Part shown: piece after piece, positions 15,452-27,284 of the stretch
Layout of the letters: every line of letters begins with the position of its first letter
Numbering within the stretch: the stretch's first letter is position 1
DNA from: an uncultured Deinococcaceae bacterium
GTDB taxonomy: Bacteria; Deinococcota; Deinococci; Deinococcales; Deinococcaceae
DNA: 28,001 nucleotides
Direction of reading: 5' to 3'
NCBI GenBank assembly: GCA_964252075.1
Contig: CAXULY010000057.1
Coordinates: 1 to 28,001, forward strand
Notes under the pieces: generated by a model
Told to the model about the DNA's origin: nothing
Seen by the model: only the letters and a program-made list of their open reading frames with translations
Databases searched by the model: none
Translations under genes and position numbers: made by a program

Positions 15452-17269
15452 TCACGGGCGCACCGCGCCCGCCCGGGCCGCGCCCTTCCCCTCGCCCCCC
15501 TCCGGGAGGAGGTGCAGCGCGAAGCCGTTGCCGCCCTGACTGAGGATGCTGAGCCGCGTGGTCAGCTGGGCGAGTTTGGCGCGCAGCTGCCGCACCAGCG
15601 CGTTCAGGAACTCGCCCACATCCCGGTCCTGCCGCCACACCAGCCGCGCCAGTTCGGCGCGGGAGTGCAGGCGCTCCGGGCGCCCCGCGAGGACCACCAG
15701 CAGGGCGCACTCCTCGGCACTCAGGGCCACCCGAATGTCGCCCAGCCGCATGGCGCGCTGCTGCACCATGAGGTGCAGCCCGGCGAACTGCACGTCGCTC
15801 GATTGCACCTCCGGCGGCGCGGGGGGTGCGCCGCGCGGCGAGCGGGGTGCCGTTGCCTGTGCGGCGCGGGTTCGCTGCTGTGCCTGCAGGCGCGACTCCG
15901 CCAGCGCCAGCGCAGCGGGGGCGTCCGCGGCGTCCATGGGGCACACCGCGAGGCCCAGCGCCACCCCCACCCCGCGCATCGACGCCATCGCGTCATCCAG
16001 CGCGTCCAGCAGCGGTGACGGCTCGTGCATCCCGGCGCACAGGACCACCAGCCTCCCGCCCTCCACGCGGTAGGCGTGGGTGTGCGGCGGCAGGTGCAGG
16101 GTGAGGGCGTGCGCGAAACGCTGGAGGTCCGCCTCGGGCACCGTCACCCGCCCGGTGGGCCGCGCCGCGACGTCCAGAACCAACGTCATGACGGTGGCGC
16201 TCCCGGGCGTTTCGCGCAGGGCGGCGTCCAGCGCGCGCCCGTCCCCCAGACCCGCGATCGGCGCCTCTGCCGGGCTGACCTCCGCGGGGTCGGCCTTCGC
16301 GTGGGCGGTCAGGGCGTGCCGGACGCTGCGCGCGCCCGCCTCCAGCAGGGCCCGGTCCCGCTCCCGCCAGCGGCCCGGGCGGAAGCGCGCGGCCGCCATG
16401 ACGTACCGCACGCCCGCGTGCTCACCGAGCGGCACCCACGCGCCGGACCGCACACCGACCCGCGCGAGGTCCGGAACAGCGTCCGCCGCGGACGGGTAAT
16501 CGTCAATGTACGCGGCGCGCGCGCCGGTTGCCACGCGCCACACATGGCCCGTGCCGCGCGGCAGCACGCTGGGCAGATCGCGCGCCGTCACCCGCAGGCC
16601 GGGCCGCAGCCACGTGCCGATGGGCTCCGCGCGGTCCGCGTGGACAGCGAGGAGCGTGCTCCAGTCCACGTCCGTGACCGGCGAGAGGAGCTCCAGGGCG
16701 CGGTGGGCGGTGTCGGCTGGGTCGAGGCCCAGGTCCGTCAGTGCGCACACGCCCAGGAACGCCTCATGCACGCGGTTCAATTCGCGCAGGGTGGCCGCCG
16801 CGTCCTCAGTGAACGCCAGGCGCCGTCTCAGGCCCGCGTTCGACGCGCGAAGGTTCCACTCCTCCTGTGCCACGGCCGCGAGGTCCTCCAGCAGCTGCAC
16901 GGCCGGCGCGTCCAGGTGGCGAGGCGCGCCGCCGCACACGCACAGGGCGCCGATGGCACGCCCGCCCGGCGCGCGCAGGGGAGCGCCCGCGAGGAACAGA
17001 CCGGACGCCGCCGGGAAGCGCGCGTCCAGCGCCGCATCAGGCACGACCAGCGGCGCCGCGTCGTTGAGGACCTCCGCGCAGAAACGCGTGAGGAGTTCAG
17101 CGGGTGCATCCTCCGCGCTCTGCCGCGCCAGCCACGCGCCCTGACCGTCCAGCAGCAGCAGCGCCGCCAGGGGGACGTTCAGCAGGTGCGCCGCGAGGTT
17201 TACAGGCTGCGCGAACGCCCCATCGGGCAGGGCGTGGCGGTCAAGGGATGAGGTCAGGTCGTCATTCAC
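15452..17269 (-). CDS. GAF-GAF-degenerate GGDEF-OmpR/PhoB winged-helix protein (start approximate)
   Basis: GAF1: FCAEVL..LVVPDAALDARF..FLAGAPL..IGALCV. GAF2: YIDDYPS..VRSGAWVPL..WRERDRALLEA. GGDEF-like region with AYRVEGGRL in place of RxGGDEF. C-terminal LSAEECALLVVLA..SRAELARLVW..VRQLRAKL..GNGF. Confidence 0.75.
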   Translation of the reverse strand: MNDDLTSSLDRHALPDGAFAQPVNLAAHLLNVPLAALLLLDGQGAWLARQSAEDAPAELLTRFCAEVLNDAAPLVVPDAALDARFPAASGLFLAGAPLRAPGGRAIGALCVCGGAPRHLDAPAVQLLEDLAAVAQEEWNLRASNAGLRRRLAFTEDAAATLRELNRVHEAFLGVCALTDLGLDPADTAHRALELLSPVTDVDWSTLLAVHADRAEPIGTWLRPGLRVTARDLPSVLPRGTGHVWRVATGARAAYIDDYPSAADAVPDLARVGVRSGAWVPLGEHAGVRYVMAAARFRPGRWRERDRALLEAGARSVRHALTAHAKADPAEVSPAEAPIAGLGDGRALDAALRETPGSATVMTLVLDVAARPTGRVTVPEADLQRFAHALTLHLPPHTHAYRVEGGRLVVLCAGMHEPSPLLDALDDAMASMRGVGVALGLAVCPMDAADAPAALALAESRLQAQQRTRAAQATAPRSPRGAPPAPPEVQSSDVQFAGLHLMVQQRAMRLGDIRVALSAEECALLVVLAGRPERLHSRAELARLVWRQDRDVGEFLNALVRQLRAKLAQLTTRLSILSQGGNGFALHLLPEGGEGKGAARAGAVRP

Positions 17270-17830
17270 GGTGGTGGGAGAGGACGCAGGACGAATTCGG
17301 ACCTCCGCTCTGGCGATAACAAAGCTTAGCGTCCGGGCTGGGGCCGCGCCATGACATTTCGTATGGGGCCTTGCACGACGCGATGCGCCCACCACGTGGG
17401 CGCCGCACGGGCGGGTGTTACCACGGACGCGCTGGCTTCCCAACAGCGTCCGGCAGGCTGGCCCGGTGCCCGCGTTTCCGCCTCCCCAAAGCACGGCAGG
17501 GGTGGAGCAGTGTGTTGTCGTTCCGGAGCCTCGCAGCCGCGTGCCCATCCCATTCAGGCGGGACCCAGGCGTGTTTCCACGCCTCCAAGACAGCGGGGAC
17601 ACCGCCTCAGTGATTGGCATGCTGCCGTCACAACAGCGAGGGCGGCGCCTGGCTCACTTTGGTCATGCTGCGCTGGAACGTCACGACACCTGCTGGCTTA
17701 GGCCTCCAGACCCACTAAGGCTGTGATGCAGCCGCCGTCACGCGTGCCTATTGAAGGCACCACGGTCCTGGCAGGTAATAGCGCCTACAGCGGCAAAAGG
17801 TTCGGCCCCTGCTACGCTCGCTGATGGCAT

Positions 17831-17855
17831 TGCCCCGGCCCTTCAGGCCGGGGCA
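17831..17855 (-). terminator. Hairpin downstream of csoR
   Basis: TGCCCCGGCC-cttca-GGCCGGGGCA, 10-bp stem. Confidence 0.5.
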
Positions 17856-17871
17856 GCCCACCCGCCTCGCG

Positions 17872-18177
17872 TCAGGTGTACTTGAAGACTTCCATCAGCT
17901 CGTCCACAATTTCCTGCTCGTCCCCGCGGGTGGCGGCGGTGGCGACGTGCGCTTCGAGGTGGCCGCGCAGCACAACGGACGCCGCACCCTCCAGGGCGCC
18001 CTGCACGGCCTTGAGCTGACGCAGGACGTCCACGCAGTAGGCGTGGGGGTCTTCAAGCTGCCGCTGGATGCTCTCCAGGTGCCCTTTGGCGATGGCGAGG
18101 CGCCGCGCCGCTTTCTTGCGGCTGTCCTCGGGCATGCACAGGTGATGGCCGTGCGTGGGGGTAAGCTCCGGCGTCAT
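17872..18177 (-). CDS. csoR: Copper-sensing repressor CsoR (CsoR/RcnR family)
   Basis: [44 protein letters not shown] overlaps the copZ stop (TGATG). Lies next to copA. Confidence 0.92.
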   Translation of the reverse strand: MTPELTPTHGHHLCMPEDSRKKAARRLAIAKGHLESIQRQLEDPHAYCVDVLRQLKAVQGALEGAASVVLRGHLEAHVATAATRGDEQEIVDELMEVFKYT

Positions 18178-18386
18178 CAGGAGGCGGCGAGCTGGGCGGT
18201 GTAGCCTTCCTCCGTGACCGCCTCGATGAGGGCCTGGGGGTCGGGGTTCCCGTGGACGGTGGCCGTGCCGCCCTGCAGGTCCACCTGGGCGTCCGTCACG
18301 CCGGGGACGCCTTTGAGGGCTTTGGTGACGGCGGTCTGGCAGTGGGCGCAGCTCATGCCGGTGACAGTCAGTTGAATATCGCTCAT
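18177..18386 (-). CDS. copZ: Copper chaperone CopZ (HMA domain)
   Basis: 69 aa, [13 protein letters not shown]. Confidence 0.95.
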   Translation of the reverse strand: MSDIQLTVTGMSCAHCQTAVTKALKGVPGVTDAQVDLQGGTATVHGNPDPQALIEAVTEEGYTAQLAAS

Positions 18387-18392
18387 GGCTTG

Positions 18393-18528
18393 ATTCTATA
18401 CCCACCCAGGGGGGTAGTCAATCCACAGAGAGGAAAAGAGCGACACGCACAGTGTTTCTTCTCCGCACTTGCAAGCCCTCCCCACCAGGGCTATGATGAA
18501 GCCATGTCGACCCCCCTGGGGAGGGTCG
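18393..18528. promoter_or_regulatory. Divergent copZ/copA promoters with CsoR-type C-tract/G-tract operators
   Basis: Minus strand TTGACT-N17-TAGAAT (18421-18393); plus strand TTGCAA-N17-TATGAT (18469-18497). Operators: TACCCACCCAGGGGGGTA (18399-18416), a weaker copy at about 18476-18493, and CGACCCCCCTGGGGAGGGTCG (18508-18528). Confidence 0.8.
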
Positions 18529-18542
18529 TTGAGGGAGGCAGC

Positions 18543-21047
<2,505 letters not shown>

Positions 21048-21056
21048 ACGGCCCGC

Positions 21057-21088
21057 GAGGGGGAGGGGCGCGTGCGCCCCTCCCCCTC
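21057..21088. terminator. Perfect 15-bp inverted repeat between convergent genes
   Basis: GAGGGGGAGGGGCGC-gt-GCGCCCCTCCCCCTC. Confidence 0.75.
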
Positions 21089-21137
21089 ATGCGGACTTGC
21101 CGCGCGCGTCCACTCCGGTTGTCCTCGGGGCCCGCCC

Positions 21138-23456
21138 TCAATCGGTCAGGCCGCGTTCGTGCGCGATGCGGGCCGCGAGCACGCGGCTGCCCACCCCGAG
21201 CTTCGAGAAGACCGTGCGCAGGTGCGCGTTCACCGTCGGGAGGCTGATGCCGAGCTCGGCGGCAATGCGGGCGTTCGTGTGCCCTCGCGCGACCCACGCG
21301 AGCACCTCCGTCTCCCGCGCCGTCAGGTCCGTGAGGCCCACCGCGGGGCGCGCTGTCCCGGCGCCCTCACCCGTCAGGCGCGCGAGCGCCCCGCGCGCCG
21401 CCTCGTGCAGCTGCGGCGTCGCGAACGCGCGGTCCACCTGCCCGTACAGGTCAATGGCGGCGTCGCGGCGGCCCTGCGCTTCCGCGACCCGCGCGAGCGC
21501 CTCCGTGACCATGGCGAGTTCACCCGGCACGCGCGCGGCGCGCGCCTCCTCAAGCGCCCGCGAGAAGTGCACCGCCGCGTCCTCCACGCGGCCCGAGGCG
21601 AGCTCCCACTCTCCGTCCGCGCGGTGCACCGCCAGGCGCACCGACGGGGACGGAATGCGCTCCGCGAGCGCGCGCGCCTCCTCCAGCGGCGCCTGCGCCT
21701 CCTGAAGCCGCCCGGAGCGCACGCGCAGCGACGCGATCCACACCAGCACCTGCACCTGGATGAGGGGGTTGCGGGCGTCCCGCGCGTCCGGCAGAAGCGC
21801 CTCCGTGAGTGCAAGCGCCTCCGCGTCGCGTCGCTGCGCGGCGAGGATCGCCACGAGGCTCATGGTGGAGCCCTGCCGTCCCGGCGCGTCCTGCAGGTCC
21901 GTGTAGCGCGCGAGCGCGTCCCGCACGAGGCGCTCCGCGCGCGCGAGGCCGTCCGGGTCGAAGCGCGCGGCCTGCGCCAGCAGCAGCAGGGTGTTCGCCT
22001 CCAGCACGGGCCGCCCCACCTGCCGCGCGAGCCGCAGCGCCTCCTCGTGGTGCCGCTCGGCGGTCCCCACCTCGCCCTGCAGGAGCGCGAGGTGCCCGGT
22101 GACGTTGTACAGGTGCGCGCGCGTCTCAGCGTCCGCGTCGGGCGCGCGCAGCAGCAGCGTCTCCGACCAGATGCGGCCCTCATCGAGGGTGCCGCTGCCG
22201 GACATCCAGTACTGGTACAGCCCGCGCTCCAGCCGCAGGGCGAGCGCGGTGTGCCCGCCATTCACGGCCCACGCCAGGGCCGACCGCAGCTGCGGGTACC
22301 GCGCCGTCACCCACCGCAGGTACGCGCCGCGGTCTGCGCGCGGTGAGCCCGCCGCGAACACCGCCTCAAGCCCCGCGAGGTAATGCCGCGCGTGCGCCTC
22401 CTGCGCCTCGGGCAGCGCCCCCAGCGCCGTGAGTTTCTCCTGCGCGTACTCGCGGACGGGCTCCAGCAGCGCGAGGCCACCGTCGTCCTCGCTGGGGCCC
22501 CGCACCCAGCCGTGCTCCACGAGCGCCGTCAGGACGTCGAGGTGCCCGGCGTCACCAAAAGCGCCCTCCACGTCCTGCGCCGTGAAGGGCCCGTGGAACA
22601 CCGCGAGGCGCGCGAGGAGGGCCGCCTCACGCGCGCCCAGCAGGGCGGAACTCCAGTCGAGGGTGGCGCGCAGGGTCTGCTGGCGCTCCGGCAGGTCCCG
22701 CGCGCCGCGTGTCAGCACCCGCAGCGGCTCCTCCAGCGCGTCCCGCAGCGCGGGGAGGGACAGCAGCCGCGTGCGCGCCGCCGCCAGTTCGAGGCTGAGC
22801 GGCCAGCCGCCCAGCCGCGTGACGATGTCCGCCACCACCGACAGCGCCTCCGCGGTCCAGTCCAGCTGCGGGTTCAGTTCCGCCGCGCGCCGCACGAACA
22901 GCGCGACGGACGGCACCGCGAGGAGCTCCTGCGCCGAGCGGTGCTCGGGCGCCGGCGGCAGCGCGAGCGGCCCAAGCGGGAACTCGTACTCGCCACTGAG
23001 CTGCAGCGGCGCGCGGCTCGTCGCGAGCACCCGCACGCCCGGCGCCTCAATGAGCAGCTCCGCCACGAAACCCGCCGCGTCCAGCACGTGCTCGAGGTTG
23101 TCCAGCACCAGCAGCATCCGGGCGCCACGCAGCGCCGCGAACACCGCCTCCGCGGCGCGCTCCGCGTGCACCCCCAGCGCGACCGCCACGGCCTGCGGGA
23201 CCAGCTCGGCGTCCGTGACGGACGCCAGGGACACCAGCCGCGCGCCGTCCGGGAAGGCGCCCGCGACGCGCTGCGCGAGGTGCGCCGCGAGCCGCGTCTT
23301 GCCGATGCCGCCCATCCCCGTGAGGGTCAGCAGCCCCACGTCCTCGCGCAGCAGCAGCGCCTCGCACACCGCGAGTTCGCGTTCGCGGCCCAGCAGTGCG
23401 CCCGGCGCGCGCCCGAGCCGCGCCGCCCTCCCCTCCTCCCGGTGCCCTTCACTCAT
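21138..23456 (-). CDS. STAND-type (NB-ARC-like) ATPase-TPR-LuxR HTH transcriptional regulator
   Basis: LLGRERE, Walker A GMGGIGKT, Walker B LLVLDN, TSR, GWPLSLELAAAR, RQQTLRATLDWS, helical repeats, and C-terminal LTARETEVL..G.TNARIA..L.IS..TVNAH. Start placed at ATG 23456. Confidence 0.92.
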   Translation of the reverse strand: MSEGHREEGRAARLGRAPGALLGRERELAVCEALLLREDVGLLTLTGMGGIGKTRLAAHLAQRVAGAFPDGARLVSLASVTDAELVPQAVAVALGVHAERAAEAVFAALRGARMLLVLDNLEHVLDAAGFVAELLIEAPGVRVLATSRAPLQLSGEYEFPLGPLALPPAPEHRSAQELLAVPSVALFVRRAAELNPQLDWTAEALSVVADIVTRLGGWPLSLELAAARTRLLSLPALRDALEEPLRVLTRGARDLPERQQTLRATLDWSSALLGAREAALLARLAVFHGPFTAQDVEGAFGDAGHLDVLTALVEHGWVRGPSEDDGGLALLEPVREYAQEKLTALGALPEAQEAHARHYLAGLEAVFAAGSPRADRGAYLRWVTARYPQLRSALAWAVNGGHTALALRLERGLYQYWMSGSGTLDEGRIWSETLLLRAPDADAETRAHLYNVTGHLALLQGEVGTAERHHEEALRLARQVGRPVLEANTLLLLAQAARFDPDGLARAERLVRDALARYTDLQDAPGRQGSTMSLVAILAAQRRDAEALALTEALLPDARDARNPLIQVQVLVWIASLRVRSGRLQEAQAPLEEARALAERIPSPSVRLAVHRADGEWELASGRVEDAAVHFSRALEEARAARVPGELAMVTEALARVAEAQGRRDAAIDLYGQVDRAFATPQLHEAARGALARLTGEGAGTARPAVGLTDLTARETEVLAWVARGHTNARIAAELGISLPTVNAHLRTVFSKLGVGSRVLAARIAHERGLTD

Positions 23457-23899
23457 GTGGCCTGTGGCGTGACGCCCCCACCAGCATACGGGTCGAAGGC
23501 CACTGGGGCGGGCGGGACTGACGCGGAGCACCCGGCGCGGGTGAGTCAGGCCAGTGGCGTGAGGGGCAGCGCGGCCTTCCAAGCCACCTTGGGCTGCGCG
23601 TAACGGTCGCTGCTGCGCTTCCCACGGCGCGTCAGGGACCCAGCCGCGCCCGAACAACGCCCTGGCGTCCTGCCCATTGAAGAAGCGCTTCGTGCAGTTC
23701 CCCACCTGGTCGAAGTGCCGAGTCCTTCAGCGGCGCATCGTCGAAGCGGGTCATGGCCGCGATCGTGGTGTTCGAGTTGCCGCGCGGGCCACGGGTTTAG
23801 GGGTGCGTTGCAGGGGGCGGGGTGGTGCTAACGTCGCGGGCGTCGTGCGCTCAACGCGGGGCGCGGCGCGGGCCAGCCGCGCCGCGCCCTGCACGCACG

Positions 23900-25888
23900 T
23901 CACTTCAGGGTGATGGGTTCGCTCGCGAGCGTGGGGTTGGGGCTCGCGGCTTCCGTGGAGTACCGCAGCTCGTACTCGCCCGGCTCGGTGGGGAGGCGCA
24001 ACGTGCCGGGGTTGCCGTTCGCGGTGTAGAAGTACGTCAGGTACGTGCCGACCGGCGCGCCTTTCTTCACGATCGTGATGTAGTCGCCGCGGCCGTTCGG
24101 GCCGCTCCACTGCACCTGAATGGATGACCCGGCCTTCGCTTCGCGCGGGCCCTTGACGCTGTACTGACCGGCCGTGAGGCGCAGCGGTCGGCTGGCGAGC
24201 GTGGGGTTGGGGCTCGCGGCTTCCGTGGAGTAACGCAGTTCGTACTCGCCGGGTTCGAGCGGCAGGTGCAGCGTGGCGGGGTTGCCGTTCGCGGTGTAGA
24301 AGTAACTGAGGTACGTGCCGACCGGCGCGCCTTTCTTCACGACCGTGATGTAATCGCGGGCGTTGTTCGGGCCGGTCCAGCGCACCTTGAGGTCCGTGCC
24401 GGCGGTCGCTTCGTCCGGCGCGTCCAGGGCGTAGCTGCTCATGGTGAGGTGAATGGGGGCCGTGGCGAGGGTGCGGCCGGACAGGTCGCTGGCGTACCGC
24501 AGTTCGTAATCGCCGCCCGCGGTGGGCAGCTTGATGGTGAGGGGGTTGCCGTCCCGCGTGTAGCGGTAATCGAGGTAACTGCCTTCGGGGGCGCCCTTCG
24601 CGACGACCGTCACGTAGTCCTTGGCGTTGTTGGGGCCCGTCCAGGTGACCTGCACGGTGCCGCCCGCGGCGGCCTCGGCGGGCGCGCTGACGCTGGCCGT
24701 CACGAGGCGCGGCGTGAAGGGCGCGCTGCGGCCCACCACGCGCGTGCTGCCGTCCGGGTTCACCAGCAGGTAGCGCGCCTCCAGCGGGGACGCGTCCTCG
24801 GGCACGGACAGGGTGGCGCTGCCCGTCGCGCCGCTGACGTTGCTGTACGCCTGGTACGCGCTGTCCGGGCTGTTCGGCGCGGCGAGCGCCACCCAGTTGC
24901 GGGTGCCGGCGGGGGCGTTCGAGAACTGCACCGTCACCTGCCCGCCCGCCGTGGCGGGCTGCGGCGTCACGTCGAGCTTCACGGGCGTCACGGCGCCCAC
25001 CTCGAAGGTGAAACGGTTCTCCGCGCCGGTCGCCACGGACAGCCCCGCGAAGCTCTGCACGCCGCTCTCGGCGCTCTCCACGCGCGCGGTGTAACTGCCG
25101 GGCTTCAGGGTGGCGCGGTACTCGCCTTGCTCCAGGGTGAATGCGGTGCCCTGCTCCCCCAGGGCGGGCACGAAGGTGACGTTCGCCCCGCCCCTGGCGG
25201 GCTGACCGCCGGACGTGAGGGTGACCGTGACCGGTAGCGCCGCCACGGCAGGTGCGGCCACCTGCTCCACCGCGCGGCCGAGCGCGGACGCCAGCTCCGC
25301 GCCGCTGCGGGCGTTCTCCAGCGTGCCGACGCCCGCGAAGCTGCGCTGCGCGTTGTCGTCCAGGTCAATGCCCACGATGCGCAGGTCCACCGTGATGCCG
25401 CGCCGCTTGAAGGCGTCCAGCGTGGCCTTCACGTTCCCGCGGCAGGACTCCTGACCGTCGGTGACCAGCACGATGAGTTTGCGGCTGTCGTCCTGCGGGA
25501 AGTCCAGCGCCGCCTGCTCCAGCGAGTACGCGATGGGCGTCGCGCCGCGCGGGTCGGTGCGCGCGACAGTGTCGAGCAGCTCGCGCCGCGCGACGCCCTT
25601 CATGGGCAGGACCAGTTTGCTGTCCTGGCAGGCGCCTTCCGCGGCGGCGGTGGAGTTCGCGCCGTACACGCGCAGGCCCACGTTGAGGTCCGGGGTGTCC
25701 GGCAGGCGGTTGATGAAGTCACTGAGGACGCTGCGGGCCGTCGTGATGCGGCTGGTGCCGTCCGGCAGTTTGGTGTACATGCTGCCGGACGCGTCCAGAA
25801 CGAGTTGCACGTAGGTGGACTGCGCGGCCGCGAGGGGCGTGAGGGCGCAGGCGAGCAGCGCGGTGAGGCGGATGGTGGTTCGGTGCAT
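23900..25888 (-). CDS. Secreted vWA-domain protein with tandem ~90-aa beta-sandwich-like repeats
   Basis: RBS AAAGGA and signal peptide; MIDAS LDASGSM, GATPI, VTDGQESC; 3-4 C-terminal repeats of the form W.GPN..DY.T.V.KGAP.G.YL.Y.YT..GNP..L.LP..PGEYELRY. Confidence 0.88.
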   Translation of the reverse strand: MHRTTIRLTALLACALTPLAAAQSTYVQLVLDASGSMYTKLPDGTSRITTARSVLSDFINRLPDTPDLNVGLRVYGANSTAAAEGACQDSKLVLPMKGVARRELLDTVARTDPRGATPIAYSLEQAALDFPQDDSRKLIVLVTDGQESCRGNVKATLDAFKRRGITVDLRIVGIDLDDNAQRSFAGVGTLENARSGAELASALGRAVEQVAAPAVAALPVTVTLTSGGQPARGGANVTFVPALGEQGTAFTLEQGEYRATLKPGSYTARVESAESGVQSFAGLSVATGAENRFTFEVGAVTPVKLDVTPQPATAGGQVTVQFSNAPAGTRNWVALAAPNSPDSAYQAYSNVSGATGSATLSVPEDASPLEARYLLVNPDGSTRVVGRSAPFTPRLVTASVSAPAEAAAGGTVQVTWTGPNNAKDYVTVVAKGAPEGSYLDYRYTRDGNPLTIKLPTAGGDYELRYASDLSGRTLATAPIHLTMSSYALDAPDEATAGTDLKVRWTGPNNARDYITVVKKGAPVGTYLSYFYTANGNPATLHLPLEPGEYELRYSTEAASPNPTLASRPLRLTAGQYSVKGPREAKAGSSIQVQWSGPNGRGDYITIVKKGAPVGTYLTYFYTANGNPGTLRLPTEPGEYELRYSTEAASPNPTLASEPITLK
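23921..24400. repeat. Intragenic direct repeat with a 270-bp period
   Basis: For example, GCGAGCGTGGGGTTGGGGCTCGCGGCTTCCGTGGAGTA occurs at 23925 and 24195, and GTACGTGCCGACCGGCGCGCCTTTCTTCACGA at 24041 and 24311. Confidence 0.9.
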
Positions 25889-26398
25889 GGTGGGTTCCTT
25901 TCGGGACGTCCGCGTTCGGGCGTCAGCCAGGGCCTCATCGTGCGTGACGGGCGATGATTCAAGGATGACGCGGGGACAGCGGCGACGCCCCGAGGGAAGG
26001 ACCTGGGTTGGAGGGTGGATGGCGGGTCCTGGCGTTGGGTGAGGGCAGCGTACCACCCGGGCGCCCGGCGGGAGGGATGGGAGGAGCAAGGTGAGCGCCA
26101 TGGACGCTCCAGCCGGAAGGCTCGAATGATGGGAGGGAACAACGCCTCGTCGCTGGATAGTCAGGGCCGTGGACGACGGTCCGGGCGAGCGACGCGGTGG
26201 AGGAGGACCGTCGGGCTCACTCAACTCGTGCGGCCCCTACCGTGCTGTCCGGATTGAAGGAGCATCAACCGTCCTGCTAGCCGTCAAGGTCCCGAGCCGG
26301 ATGCCGGGCGTTCGCCCCCGGTGGCGCGCCTTCCTGCGAGGGGCGGTCCTCGCCGCGGCGTCATGGTCCGATCATCGTCCGTGCGGCACGCTGGCGGC

Positions 26399-26596
26399 AT
26401 GGATGACCTGATCACCCTCGCGCTCCGCTTCGGCATCATGCTGCTCGCGTCTCCCTTCCTGGTGGGCGTCGCCCTCGCGCTCACCGCGCTGTACGGTGTG
26501 GGCAGCGACTGGCCGATCGGCGCGAACGCCGCGCTGGGCGGCGCGGCGCTGGCGCTGTGGGGGTTCGCCGCGTGGCGCTTCGCGCGGAACCCCTGA
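26399..26596 (+). CDS. Small two-TM membrane protein (65 aa)
   Basis: MDDLITLALRFGIMLLASPFLVGVALALTALYG...AALGGAALALWGFAAWRF, with host-like codon usage. Confidence 0.65.
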   Translation: MDDLITLALRFGIMLLASPFLVGVALALTALYGVGSDWPIGANAALGGAALALWGFAAWRFARNP

Positions 26597-26678
26597 AGGG
26601 CGCAGGGTTCACGTCCGGTCATTCTGCAGCGATCCGTCCGGCGCGCCGCGCGCCACCCTTTCTGAAAGCAGGTTCCTG

Positions 26679-27182
26679 ATGAACACAACCGCGTTGGTCC
26701 TCACCTCCGTCGCCGCCATGTTGTCCCTCGCGTCCGCGCAGGACGCCAGCCCCACGAACCTCGCGGGCACCACGCTGTGCCTCAGCCAGAAGAACACGGT
26801 CGCGGTGGGCATCGAGGGGGCGGGCAAGATGGACCTGAAGGGCCTCGCCGATCAGGCGTACGCGCAGATCAAGTCGGCGTTCCAGAAGGCGGGCGTGAAG
26901 GTGCAAGAGGCGGCAGGGTGCACCGAGTCCGCCTCCGCGTTTTACCTGGTGTTCGACGCGACGAAGGAGAACAGCGACGGCACGCGCGCGTTCCTTGTGA
27001 CGGGCAGCGTGTCGGACTGGACGATTGACCGGTACCAGACCTACGTGGACATCTGGTCGGACGCGCGGTACGGCACGACCAGCGGTTCCGACGCAGACAT
27101 CGTGGGTGGGCTCCTTGAGGATTCCGGGGTGGTCGTGGACGGCTTCGTGCAGGAGTGGAAGGCCGCCAACCCCGGGAAGTAA
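26679..27182 (+). CDS. Secreted hypothetical protein (167 aa)
   Basis: Signal peptide MNTTALVLTSVAAMLSLASA|Q, two Cys residues (possible disulfide), biased codon usage. Confidence 0.78.
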   Translation: MNTTALVLTSVAAMLSLASAQDASPTNLAGTTLCLSQKNTVAVGIEGAGKMDLKGLADQAYAQIKSAFQKAGVKVQEAAGCTESASAFYLVFDATKENSDGTRAFLVTGSVSDWTIDRYQTYVDIWSDARYGTTSGSDADIVGGLLEDSGVVVDGFVQEWKAANPGK

Positions 27183-27284
27183 AGGAGGCCGGACGGGGTG
27201 GCCGATTCGCGCGCTTGGACCTGTCACGTCCCCGATTGTCTGTAGGGGCGGCTGTGGCCTTCCGCTGCGGTAGGCTGTGGGTGC

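Noticed and set aside
21138..23456. STAND NTPase considered as an Avs/NLR-like antiphage system
   Set aside because: It has a C-terminal LuxR HTH and no nuclease, TIR, SIR2 or protease effector, which fits a transcriptional regulator.
23600..23760. Stretch with coding-like codons on the minus strand (HFDQVGNCTKRFFNGQDARALFGRGW), possibly a gene remnant
   Set aside because: No recognisable family, start or RBS. It cannot be supported without a homology search.
23921..24400. Direct repeats considered as CRISPR or IS ends
   Set aside because: They are in-frame 270-bp protein repeats, with no unique spacers and no cas or transposase gene.
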